Made by a program: the position numbers and the translations under genes
Part shown: positions 27,801 through 40,200 of the stretch, piece after piece
Numbering within the stretch: position 1 is the first letter of the stretch
Layout of the letters: each line of letters begins with the position of its first letter
The notes under the pieces: model-generated
What the model was told of the DNA's origin: nothing
The model's input: only the letters and a program-made list of their open reading frames with translations
The model's database searches: none
Assembly: GCF_006345805.1 (NCBI RefSeq)
Contig: NC_043006.1
Location: forward strand, 32,364,001-32,428,000
Reading direction: 5' to 3'
From: Octopus sinensis
Lineage: Eukaryota
Length of the DNA: 64,000 nucleotides

Positions 27801-28780
27801 TTTTGTTTTTGGATTTCGATTGCAAGATTTTTTATGAGAGTCAAAACTATTGAAAAGGTTGCAAGACGCAACGAAAATTTTAGAAAAATAAAAAATATAT
27901 AAGTGGAAATTTTACCGGTGTGTGTGTTAAATCATAAGGCACCAAAAGAGAATGACTCTCTCCAGACAACAAAATATAAAAAACATTTCAAAGATTATTT
28001 CCACAATGAGTGTGCCGACTGTAGTAAGTGAGATAAGTCTAACTATTCCAATCCTTTCTGTTGACTCTGTTCTTGTGCAGACAGTGAGACTATTAGTAAC
28101 TCGCAGCACCCTTTGAAACTATGGAATGGAAATATAAAGGTTGCGTTTAATAGAAGTAGACACGGTAGCAATGATAATTGAACCGTTAAGTATGATAAAG
28201 GAAAGCACGAGGAAAAGAGCAATACTTTTCTCAGAGCTTCTAAATTTGAACTACTCACATCTTAAGTAAGCCTAGGTACAGAATGAGAAAAGAACAGATA
28301 ACGCCATGCTGTTGAAAATCAATACAGCAAGCATAAACACAATTTAGCAAGCAAGAGAAATTAAACATAAAAAGCAACAATTTTCTTTGCTTTCAGTTCA
28401 TATTTTCTCTCTAGTTTCTTTCTTGAAAATTTACATTCTTTCATCATTAGAATTTCTCACTTTATTAGTTGTGTACTTTACTTTTCATATTTTAAATATA
28501 GGGAGTAAAATAGAATTATTTTATAAAAATTGTTAAATATTATATTTTCGAACGGCGAAAAGTATTCCTTTTACTCAATTTCTTAAAATGCAATCATTTT
28601 TGAAGAATATTAAGTTTTAGTGTTCGAGATAATAATTTCGATTCCTTTTTGTCTCGTCGAACAAAAAAGAGTAAAAATAACATTTCATTCTACAATGAAT
28701 TTCTGTATTTTATATCGACGTATATTGTTGAAACACAGCAATGTGAGATGAAATCAGCCTTAAAAAAACAGTGTAATAAC

Positions 28781-28852
<72 letters not shown>

Positions 28853-28867
28853 TTATTTTATAGAAGG

Positions 28868-28918
28868 AGCTTCTACAGGACTAGAACTGTTTCATTCAGA
28901 TGAAATCTTCAGGAAGCT
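28868..28918 (-). ncRNA. Type I hammerhead ribozyme (mirror copy)
   Basis: Reverse complement of 29615-29665. Confidence 0.75.
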
Positions 28919-29614
28919 GGCTGTCAAAATAATTTCTGGTATTTATGCATTTAGGCAGATTTAATGGAGTGGTGGTGGGGGACGTTTTTTGGGTTGGTTG
29001 GTATTTAGGAGATAAACAGGGCACAAGCTATTGTTCTTAGGGGAGTGGTCAAAAGGCCAGAGTGTTTTTGGAAATGAGAAGAATCAGTGGGAAAATAAAT
29101 AAATGAATAAATAGAATAAATGAATAGAAACCCCAAGATTAGTATTTCAACAGATATATGGGATGGGATTTTAGGTAAATTAGAAGACAATTGCTTTTTG
29201 ATGGTCAAGAAGAGGTAGGCAGTTTGTTATTGTTAGGTTTGTTATTGTTATTATTTTATGGTTTTTCATGTATATTTATCTATTTATTCCCTCCACCTAA
29301 CAATAACAAACTGCCTACCTCTTCTTGACCATCAAAAAGCAATTGTCTTCTAATTTACCTAAAATCCCATCCCATATATCTGTTGAAATACTAATCTTGG
29401 GGTTTCTATTCATTTATTCTATTTATTCATTTATTTATTTTCTCACTGATTCTTCTCATTTAAAAAAAACACTCTGGCCTTTTGACCACTCCCTAAGAAC
29501 AATAGCTTGTGCCCTGTTTATCTCCTAAATACCAACCAACCCCAAAAACGTCCCCCACCACCACTCCATTAAATCTGCCTAAATGCATAAATACCAGAAC
29601 TTATTTTGACAGCC

Positions 29615-29665
29615 AGCTTCCTGAAGATTTCATCTGAATGAAACAGTTCTAGTCCTGTAGAAGCT
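29615..29665 (+). ncRNA. Type I hammerhead ribozyme
   Basis: AGCUUC-CUGAAGA-UUUCAUCUGAAU-GAAA-CAG-UUCUAGUC-CUG-UA-GAAGCU: perfect 6-bp stem I, intact core, A-U/C-G/A-U/G-C stem III, GUA cleavage triplet; stem II closed by U.U. Confidence 0.78.
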
Positions 29666-29745
29666 CTTTCTATAAAATAAATTACTTTACTCTGCTATGT
29701 ATTGAGTACCTTACTTACTGTGGTTAACCCCGACTCAACCCGGAC

Positions 29746-29827
<82 letters not shown>

Positions 29828-29842
29828 TATATATATACATAA

Positions 29843-29982
29843 CGTTAGATTCACTTTGAAGTGAATCTAACGGTTTTGTGTGTTTCTTAAATGGCTTATA
29901 AACACATTCCAGGCTGCAATTGTTTTCGTTCCAGCACACGATCTCAGATCAAGTCACTCGCTATGCAAGTACATCTCCGTAA
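29843..29982 (+). mobile_element. Short dispersed repeat (shared with 36095-36254) with a 14-bp inverted 5' end
   Basis: GAAGTGAATCTAACGG...CAAGTACATCTCCGTAA matches 36128-36254; both copies end against TA repeats. Confidence 0.8.
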
Positions 29983-31532
29983 TATATATATAAAATATGT
30001 GTGTGTGTTTGTTTTTATGTTTGTCATAATAAAAATTTAACATTAACTTGGTAAGTTACTCTATAATTTTATAGAGTACGAATGTATTATTCTTAAACAG
30101 GAATATTATTAACAGTGACTTCGAAGTTTAGGACAGCTAAGCCGTCGTCTGACGGAGACGCATTGAAGTTAATCTTGGTTTTATATAATCTCTGCTGAAC
30201 TGAAATTTTCCATGGGTGGGTAGGTTTCAGTGGAGTGGCAATTATGTTTTAGGGTGGGTTGTGGTGAAGAGGTGTTTTGGGGAACTTTTACGCAGTTGCT
30301 TGACCAATCGGAAAAGAAATAGCAGTCAAATCGTCCTCAAATTGCGCCTTACCGTCCTCTGAAGGGAATATGAAGTAATGTAACTTGAGAGACAGTATGA
30401 TTGACGGAAGAATGGTTATGCCTGAAGCATGAATGGTTATTTTAAAGGCTGGAACCCTAGTCGTCGTAACTGATGGAATACCAGTTCTTATCAGAGAAAT
30501 TGATATGAGATCCAGATTTTAAAAGTGTCCTAAGATATTGAAGGGAGAAGAAGAGTTAGGGAAATTGCAACCAGGCTGAAAAAAGAAAAGGAGATACAAC
30601 GAAAACACACTACAAAATACATAGCAATTGATAAATTAGCCTCTGTACAACACACACAAAGGAAAGACAATATTCGGAAGTAACTTAGGCGTTTCCTTTC
30701 TCTCCGCGAACTTTCTAGAACAGATATTTGTTTCAGCTCGTTTGTAAGACCGGCTACCTTACTCGTAAACACCATTTCCTAGCTACCTGGAGGTCCGAAC
30801 TAATCGAAACCCAAAGCCTCTAAACCGGTTCATCTACCCAGTGAAAGATGCTGGCCATGAAACTCAGTCTCCGAGTTCCCAGTTGTGATTCCACCGTTTT
30901 GTCTTGGTTAATGCGTATTCTACGAGTGTAGTATGTTGCCGATCAGCTTGATTCGTCTGGCATCATGACGGTGAATGAGGTTATCTGACCCTGCTCCAAT
31001 CATAAACGACCACTCGTTTTCACTGTTAGTCACATTGAAAGAGGATTAAAGATAACCAAACCTAGCATGACAAAGGTTTTCGAAACAACACAGCCACCCG
31101 ACTTACCCAAAACTACAGAAAGAAATGCAGTTGTTATTGTCACTGAAGGGAAAGTTTCTTAGAAATTCTGGTCCTTGCTAGGTCACGTGCATTTACAGAA
31201 ATACAAAATAATGTTAGCTGATAGTTATTAAAAGAACGGGTATTCACCTCTTTTAGGGGCCTCTGTGACACCTATTTGGTGTTTTTTCAACTACACCTAC
31301 ACTCAGTATCACTTTTGTCATTACTACTATTACTATCACAACAACTATGATGATCAGCATCATCACCACAACAATAACCGCCATCGAAAACTAATTGGAA
31401 TTATTTTCCCACGAGAGTAAGAACTATAATTAGTTTGGTTGGATTGATAATTAATGAAGCTTAGATTAATCATCAGTAAACTGCAACCTAGCAAACTGTA
31501 TACGTGTGAAAATAACTCTGGTGGCTGCCGTG

Positions 31533-31660
<128 letters not shown>

Positions 31661-31758
31661 TTTTATATGTTTCCCGTCCTCGGTGCGAGACAACCACAGG
31701 CTAGTGATAGGGCATCACTGAATCTGCTTATACTACATAGTTTTTACTATATATATAT

Positions 31759-31843
<85 letters not shown>

Positions 31844-33358
31844 TGTGTATGTGTTTGTGTGTGTTTGTGTGTGCGTATGAGTCTTATACATCATCCCTTT
31901 ATATATATATATAATGGAACAAAAACGCAATAGAGGACATTAAAACATTCGAACAGATAGACGATACAAAGTCGGACAGGAAAAACAACAATTAGAAGGA
32001 CAGAAGAAAAAAAGGACGGGTCAGGGCTTCCACACTGTTTCCGTATCTCAAATCCACTTACAAGGCATTGTTCGGCCTAGGTTATAGCAGAAGATACTTG
32101 CCTACGATTGTAACCATTTCGTGTTTTTTCTATCCTGTTTTTCCAAGACTGAGTTATGCATTTATCTTGTACATTCACCTTTTATTATACGCTAATGTGA
32201 AGTTTGATCGAGATTCGGCTACTATTTCTAGCAAGTTTTGCGACTGCATAAAAGTTCCCTTGTGACGTGCTTCATGTATTTACAGAGAAGTTGTAGTAAA
32301 ACGCTGTCAATATCTGTCATGACTCAATGCAGGACTCACTATAAATACATGTAAGCATGCACTATTAAATATGACACTGTTGTAGAGGTCTACGGGTATA
32401 TTTGGCAGATTAGAAGTAATACTAAAATAATTGATGGAATTAGATAAATTTATTCCGAAAAAAACCCAGAATTCTAAAAGTACAGGTCACCTTGTATTTA
32501 ATAAACCTCACATTATGCATTAGATTTCAATCCTTCCTGAACTAACATCCCCTTCCATCCGACTTCTCTGCTGTAGTATTGATAAGAGACTTGCTTGCTC
32601 TACACTGTAGTTGATTCTGTCAATTATACATCTTTGATATATACATTTATGAACTTATGTTAAAGGCAAAAATAGATATCTTTCTCCGCATGATTCAACT
32701 AAACTTTTCTATGAGCCGCAAGACAACAATTTATTCTAAATATTCACTTGTATCTAAATAATTTGGTTGTATTTGCTGTTAAAAATTCTGACGATAATTA
32801 ACCACAATATAGATGTTTATTTTACATCATTCTGTGAGAAATCACACTTTATATCTGAAATAATATTTTTTATTTTCCAATCACTTTCGGAATTACAACA
32901 ATTGGTGGCTTGGAGTTTTAACTGCTCTTTCTAGCGAGTCAGATATGCTATTCTTCGGGTATCTCTTTTGTGTTTGAACGTACACTGTATTCTTCTTTGA
33001 ATAATATATAATCTATTGACTAATTTTTTCTTTCTCGCTAGACCACTGGTAACTAAGAATTTTTCTATGAATATTCTTGCTACCCTAAGAATTTAATTAA
33101 TGAAATAATAGAAAAGTAGGAAATTACTGATGGCATTGTGATATGTAAACGTCTTTATTTATATTTTAATATATATCGTTTTTGTTTTTATATTAGAGAT
33201 CGAGTCAGAATATTTCGTACTTTTACATAACAGCCTACGGCAAGAAAATTACTATGTCCACGTCCATATTGAAGTTTTTATATTACATTGAATATATAAA
33301 TTATGTCCTGTGGTTTGTCGTTTCGTTTCATGGAGAATATAATATCTAATAACACTAA

Positions 33359-33535
33359 GGCGGCGAACTGACAGAATCGTTAGCCTGCCGGATACAATGC
33401 TTAGCAGCATCTCGTTCGTTTTTATGTTCAGAGTTCAAATACCGCTGGGGTTGACTTTGCTTTTTGTACTTTCAGTTCATGTAAAAGATTAACCCCGTCC
33501 CCGGAAATTGCTGACCTAGTGGCAAAATTTGAAAC
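33359..33535 (+). mobile_element. SINE family A, diverged
   Basis: GGCGGCGAACTGACAGAATCGTTAGC...GAGTTCAAATACCGC. Confidence 0.82.
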
Positions 33536-33629
33536 AGGTAACTTGCAAACATTCGTATATATTCATACGCGATCGTGATCAAATTCTCATTGATAGGAAA
33601 CCACAAGACAAAAAACATATTTTACATTA

Positions 33630-35922
33630 CACTGAACAACAAAATAAATATTTTATTTTCTGGCATAAAATCTTAGAGCTGTTTTAGACAAAGTTTTGGG
33701 TGCTGATTCCAAAACTGGCCTCAGATTTGTTCAATGACTTGACTTTTTTTGTGCCATGGGTATATACCTTTATTTATTTGGATCATACCAAAATTTAACT
33801 TTGCACCACTATTTGTGGGAATTTTGGCTGGATTGTCATGCCAATTTTAAATGATATGTTCAAGTTGAGTTTTGCTTCAAAATCCTTTCTCTTCTTTTCA
33901 TACGCGAACTGAACCACTGTGATCTAGTTATGGATACAGCACCAAAAAGAAGGAGGTGCTGTAATGACCTCGATATCTTCCATTTCATCAGTGGAAACTT
34001 CACTCCACAAACTCAAAGGTGCAACATTAGCAACCTTGTCAAGAAGGTATATCTTGCGTACTTTAAAGTAGCACCCAGAGACCAGAACAAAATCTGGGAT
34101 CCCCACAAAGTTTGCAAAACCTGTTCTGAAAGTTTGCGATCATGGTCTTAGGGGAAGAATGCGAATTTTGGTGTGACAATGGTTTGAAGAGAACCATGTG
34201 GATAACTGCTGCTACTTCTGTCTTGTATAGTAAAAGGTTCAATACAAAAACCAAACGGCACTTGCAATACCCAGATATCCCCTCTGCTCGTCGACCAGTT
34301 GCACACTTCGGGGAAATACCTGTGCCTGTATTACTTGAGCTTCCACAGATTGCTGATGAAACTCTCAATTCACCTACTACTGATGCCGATGAACAGTTTA
34401 TGCCATTTGATACAGACTGTGATGATGTTTCTCTATTTAGCCAGCCTGAATCGAATGATCTGGTGAGGGATTTGAATTTGCCAAAGCAGTCTGCAGAATT
34501 GTTGGATTCCAGGCTGCAAGAGGAAATACTGCTGAAACCTGGCACTTGTGTTCCTACCGTAACAGAGAAGCAGGTTTGTGAAAGTACTTTCGTTCATATG
34601 TCAGCTTGTTTATTGTAATAATGTTGAAGGGCTTCCTCTCAATATAGGGCTGCTAGCATATGATTGACATGAGTGGAGACGTTTTATTGATAACTCTAAA
34701 AGTAGCTTGGAATGTGTTTTATTTCACAACAGGAATTTGCATGGCTTAATCAAATCCAATAGGATAATCTATAAAATTGAAAGAGGAGTGTGCCAATATC
34801 AAGATTGTCCTAAAGAGGTTGCAATGTCATGCTCGTGGATGGGTAATTTGTGTCAATTTGAAAATGGTAAACCTTCTATTGGGCCAGCAAAGAGGTTACA
34901 CTAAATACTCTTGCTTCCTTTGCTATTGGAACAGTAGGACTAAAAAGGATCACTGGGTGAAAAAGGAATATCTCCCACGAAGAAAAAGTTTGACGTCAGG
35001 TGACAAGAATCATTAATGACCCTTTGGTTGATAGGAAATACATCGCCTTCCTCTCTACTGCACATAAAACTTGAAATGATGACGCAATTCATCAAAGCTC
35101 TTGATCACAGTAGAAACTGCTTCAGATATATATGTATAAAGTTTCTAAGTCTCAGTGACGAGAAGAAGGCATGAGTATTTGCTAGGCCTCAAACAAGAAC
35201 ACTCCTCAGGGATCCACAATTCATTACAACAATGAGTGAGGCAGAGGTTAGAGCTTGGAATGCTTTCTCTGATGAGGTGCGGAATTCCTTTGGAAACAGG
35301 AAAGCTGACAACTATCAAGAGATTGTATAGGAGTTGCTCTTGAGTTTGCAAGCACTTTGATGTAGAATGAGCATTAAATTACACTACCTACACACTCACC
35401 CGGGTGAGTTTCCAGAGAACCTGGGTGATGCTAGCGAAGAACAGGGTGATCGCTTTCATCAAGATGTAAAAATAGTTGAAAAACGCCACCAAAGCTGATG
35501 GGACTCAAGTATGATGGCAGATTACAGCTGGGGCTTGATGAGAGACACCCCAGAAGCCGTGCACAAGAGATAAAAAAAGGAGGAAGTTGTTGCAGCGATA
35601 AAATTATCAGAATGAACGACTACAGGGAATCGAGATTTTATATTCATATTTCGTTATCACCAAGCTAAATTCTTACATGCTAATGTACATTTACACCCAC
35701 AGCTTTGTGTTTTGATTTATTAGATTAAAATAAAAAGACATATTGTCTATTAAACATTGCATCTATCTATGTTTAATTCGTCCTTTATGAGCAATAAATA
35801 GCTGTTTTTAGCAAAACGAAAAGATCTTATATCTCAAACATCTGATGTGATAGACAAAATCTGATGCCAGATTTGGATTTAGTACCTCAAAATTAGCTAA
35901 AAACCATTTAGCTAGTTTTAGG
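33630..35922 (+). mobile_element. Decayed Chapaev3-like DNA transposon
   Basis: Left end TTA|CACTG; subterminal inverted repeat 33678-33724 vs ~35861-35910; transposase remnant 33930-35572 with Chapa-type PHKVCKTC, EWRRFIDNSK, WVICVNLKMV..GYTKYSCFLC, LHIKL, MSIKLHYLHTH and ASEEQGDRFHQD; many frameshifts and stops; right terminus replaced by (GT)n. Confidence 0.8.
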
Positions 35923-36094
35923 TGTGTGTGTGTGTGTGTGTGTGTTTATGTGTGTATGTGTGTGTGTATGTGGGCGCGCGTAGCATGAACATTTATGGAA
36001 TACTTTCGGAATTATCTGTTTCACAATTTTCGTGTATTTTAACGAAACCCCTCCCACCACACATATATGAGATGTTGCACGCAGTTTCAAAGCG

Positions 36095-36254
36095 ACGAAA
36101 ATATTTTGATAAATCAAATTTAAATGTTGAAGTGAATCTAACGGTTTTTGTGTGTGTTTTAAATGGCTTGTAAACGCCTTCCAGGCTGCAATTGTTTTTG
36201 TTTCAGCACACGAGCTCGGATCAAGTCACTAGCTATTCAAGTACATCTCCGTAA
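36095..36254 (+). mobile_element. Dispersed repeat, second copy, with hammerhead 3'-half remnant
   Basis: Matches 29859-29982; upstream GCGAC-GAAA-ATAT-TT-TGAT. Confidence 0.75.
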
Positions 36255-37196
36255 TATATATATTGTTTTCGTTGAAAAAACAGTGTGTGTGTGTGTATGT
36301 GTATACGTGTATATATATATATATGTGTGTGCGTATGTGTGTGAGTAACAGTATAGCGACAAGAACAGTAACTACTAGAACCACCGAAGGCAGTTTTCAA
36401 ACACACAGCTGCAGTTCATGTAACCTATGTATCGCTTTGACAATAAACAAAGCAATTTTGTTTTTAGATGTATAACGTGTTTTCTGATGGAACACTTTAT
36501 TACTCAGACTGAATCCTGTCACCTTCCCTTCGATCAAATTGATTCTTTCCGAGGAAATACCAAAAGCTACAATTTTTTTGAAAGAGAATTTTTCTAAGTT
36601 TCATGCATTATATGAAGGCCATAATAAAATAGAATGAAGGAAGTGAGGTTTCTTCAAGGAAGAACCGAGTTTCAAAATGTGCAGTCACGGAAATAGCTTT
36701 CCATAACAATACTTCTCGTTTCTTTAAAAACTTAAAACAGCCCTCATAAATTGCTTCCTTCTCCTTAGGTACGATGACCTAGTCGGATATAGGGCAGTAA
36801 TCTTATATCTAAAAGCAGTAGAACTTTGGGATACCATTGTGAAATTGAATGATTTCCAACTGGGAATCGAAACTGCATTACTCTCATTAATTCTTTTCTT
36901 CAATGATTGTTCGATAAGTTATATATTTTTGTTTTGTTTCTGGACACCAAAAGGATAGTATAAAGTAAATCATCACCCAGTCTAGTTTGGAATAAAGTTC
37001 TTCTCTTGAAACAACAACAAAAAAAAAGCAAAAAAAAAACACAAAATTTTTCTTTGTCAACTTGAAATCATTAAAATATTTTAGTTCAGTAATTTCAACT
37101 GTTAATAATACCTTCACTTCGAAGTATTTTAATTACCTGGCAATAACTTGCATTTTTGATTTGTTACTATGTTCAGTTTTTTTCATTCCTCATTTA

Positions 37197-38718
37197 CAGC
37201 CTTGGCCAAAAGTATTAGGCCGCCCTATTTTCTTTAGGTTCTGCTATCTCAATGTTAAGGAAACTCGTGCACATTGTAGATTATGGTATATTTCACAATA
37301 TACATTAGTTTTAATATCTGGTTGACCCTCCTTTAGCATCTATTATCGCTTTTATACGGTTAGGCATTGAATCAACTAGTTTCTTGTAGGTGCTAGGTGC
37401 AATTTTACTCCATTCTTCTCTCAACTGTTGGTACAAATGCTCTTTATTTTTAATTGTTGCGTTCCTGATAGCTTCATCAAGAGTTCCCCATAGTTGTTCG
37501 ATCAGATTTAGATCTGGACATTGAGTTGGCCAATCCATGGGAACAATACCCTGTCTCTCAAACCATTGACGAGTATTCATTGCTGTATGACATGGAGCGT
37601 TGTCCTGTTGAAAGATAACACTGTTTTTCGACACTCCTGGATGCAACTTAGCAATTGATGTCTCTAAAACATCCAATAACACAGAAAAAATAGGTAGCTG
37701 AATGCATCCTTCCCTTATATGAAACCATTTCTCTGGGTTCTGTGACCCACACAATGATAGAACCATCCCCATGTTTCACAGCTGGTACCAAACATTCAGC
37801 CTTAAATGCTTCCCCAACTCTGCGACGCACGAAAGTTGCACCAGATATACCGAAAACTTGAATAAAAACATGAAAAATAATATTAGCTTTATGTTGGATA
37901 CTTTTTTTTATATATTTTGGGCAACAAACCAGTTACATTAAATTTATATGTTGATTGAATACAGGTACTATTTTACCTCATAGTTACTTTCATCAGGCCA
38001 TATGACTTTTGACCATTGCTCACTGGCCCAATTTGAATGGTTTTTAGCACACAGAAGACGTTTTTTCATATTCGCTTCAGAAACCCATAGCTACTTCCTG
38101 GCTTTACAGCCTTTCAGACCATACTCTACAAGCCTTCTTCTAACAGTTCTGGTTGATATTTGTGAAGTACTTGCCTCGTTGAAGTCCGCACAGAGCTCCG
38201 ACGTCGTTTTTCTCCTGTTTCTGAGCAACTGACGGATGATGGATCTGTTACCACGAGGAGATGTAACCTTTTTCTACCTGTTCTTTGTATTGTTATCACA
38301 TCTTTTGTCTCTCTGAAGCGTTTGAGAGTCATTTGCGCTGCACATCGAGGACATTTCATTTTCTGAGCAATTTGCCTTTGAGAATTCCCTCTTCATGATG
38401 AGCTACGATTTGATCTCGCTCACACTCACTCAACTCCATTGTTTTAGACGTTTTACTGTTTATTAACTGTATCTACAATGTATTTTAGTATAATACTCTA
38501 AAATAATCAAGGAAACAAGTTAATTTTGGACGTTGGTCTTCTCATAATTGGTTGCATATGTACAGTACAGCATAAAATTGGTAATTGATGCTAAAGAAGG
38601 GTCAACGAGATATTAAAATTAATGTATATTGTGAAATATACCATAATCTACCATGTGCACGAGTTTCCTTAATAGAACCCCCAAAATTGGGGCGGCCTAA
38701 TACTTTTGGCCAAGGCTG
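37197..38718 (-). mobile_element. Full-length decayed Tc1 (DD34E) transposon with ~140-bp TIRs and a putative intron
   Basis: TA flanks; TIR CAGCCTTGGCCAAAAGTATTAGGCCGCCC...; ATG at 38439; WPDESNYE; QQDNAPCH...PDLNLIE with exactly 34 residues between D and E; ends KGGSTRY* at 37311; frameshifts and stops present. Confidence 0.95.
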
Positions 38719-38724
38719 TATAAA

Positions 38725-38900
38725 TTTGGCGGAATGTTTAGTGCGAATCGACAAATACATTGCTGCATACGCTCTTGTTCCTTGCATTCTGAGTTCAAAT
38801 ACCTCTGGAGTCGATGAAATAGAGTCCCATTCAAGAACTGGAGTCAATTTAATTGATTGGCTTTTTCCCCTTGAAGTGACAGACCTTGTGCATAAAGAAG
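38725..38900 (+). mobile_element. SINE family A, highly diverged
   Basis: TTCTGAGTTCAAATACC, GTCGATGAAAT..GTCCC and CTGGAGTCAATTTAATTGA remnants. Confidence 0.6.
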
Positions 38901-38964
38901 AAATTATTTCATTCATAAAACGAAATAAAAAAGTCTCCCTTTAATCACGAATGACCATAGAATT

Positions 38965-39230
38965 ACCTTAGGAAGCAAGGTTGTTTGTGGAAGACCAGCA
39001 GTCGCCCATGCATACCAGTTTCTGTTTTTCACGCTTCTGATGTTGTCCAAGGGAAAGACGGATACAACTCAGCACCGGTGATGTCATTCATTTCTAGAGC
39101 CGAGTGAACTGAAGTAATGTGATGTAAAGTGTTTTGCCCAAGAGCACAACACACAGCTCGGTCCGGGAATCAAACTCACAACCGCATGATTGTAAATCTG
39201 ATGCTTCAAACACTGAGCTATGTGTCTTCA
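38965..39230 (-). mobile_element. tRNA-derived SINE (same family as 61868-62180)
   Basis: Reverse complement shows GTGAGTTTGATTCCCGG, GTTGTGCTCTTGGGCAAAACACTT and CTGCTGGTCTTCCAC. Confidence 0.78.
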
Positions 39231-39857
39231 CATACATAAAAAGAAATGAAATGCTGTCGTGATGTTTGTGCTCTTGAAAGTTTCAACAATACAACCTCCT
39301 CATTGATCTCCCTGATACAGATGAAGATTTGCGTTCATTTGCACATGCATCATCATCAACTCTTGGTCATTCTTGACTTGAGTCATTCCAATCATCAGAC
39401 CGGTCACCCAGTTTTCGTGGCAATCCTATGAACGAGACGCCAGGAGCAACAGGAAATGAAATGTCTTGCTCAAGAACATAACGCACCGCTTTATCCAAGA
39501 ATCGAAACCATTGAACACGCCTTCACATCTGGCTCATTCGACGTTTTTAAACGGAGTTGCAAGCATTCAGGTCTTGAGTTTGACGACAACTTTTTCCCTT
39601 TGCCCCTTCCTCTCTACCTCCAGCCTTGGATGTTCTATAAAGAGTGATGGCCAATGCCTTTCTTATAGGGTAAAAGACATACATAAAATTCTTGAAGAAA
39701 CAAGGATTTTCTGATACACGGTAATTCGTTGATTTTTTTTTGCCAGCTGTTTAAATTTATGAAAATGCAGATAATAACCACTTGGACAGAATTGATTTAT
39801 TTCAGACCGCTCTCAGTATCTAAGTTTTCTTCATTTTTGGGAAAGAATTCTTTTCTA

Positions 39858-40200
39858 GTTGTATCTTGGGAAGGTCATTACGCCAATTATAATAAAAATA
39901 AACTCACTAGTTTAATATCCCTTCTTTATTGTTAGTCAATTGATTAAATATCTAGCCAACTAATCGATCGTTTGTTTAATGTGTTGGTTAAACAATCAAT
40001 CTGTTTGTTTGTCAGTCCTTTCATGGCTATTCAGGATCTCTTCAATAGCATGGCTCCTTTCTTGAGACTCTGTCTCAAGGCAAGCTTTGAAAGAGAGATG
40101 GAATGTCATAGAAGAGGTTGCGGAGATTGATGAAAGCATTCTAACAAACAACAGATTTATTGCTTAACCGGAACATTATACAAAAGATCGATTAGTTACA
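39858..40200. mobile_element. Inverted-arm hammerhead-core element (copy 3, head-to-head core duplication)
   Basis: Arm TTGTATCTTGGGAAGGTCATTACGCCAAT matches copies 1 and 2; cores at 40010-40050 (minus) and 40104-40146 (plus). Confidence 0.75.

Larger units (their letters stand above)
28851..29682. repeat. Long inverted repeat (388-bp arms, 56-bp spacer), Penelope-like pseudo-LTR pair
   Basis: 28851-29238 is the reverse complement of 29295-29682 with roughly 7-8 differences by eye; each arm carries a hammerhead and AATAAA near its outer end. Confidence 0.93.

Noticed and set aside
30800-31110. Possible GIY-YIG/PLE remnant
   Set aside because: Only scattered resemblance; no consistent motif in one frame.
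35265-35305. CTGATGA...GAAAC inside the Chapaev3-like ORF (similar motif at 19003-19030 in the Tc1)
   Set aside because: Lies in transposon sequence (coding FSDEVRNSFGNRK in the first case) with no flanking stem I; chance match.
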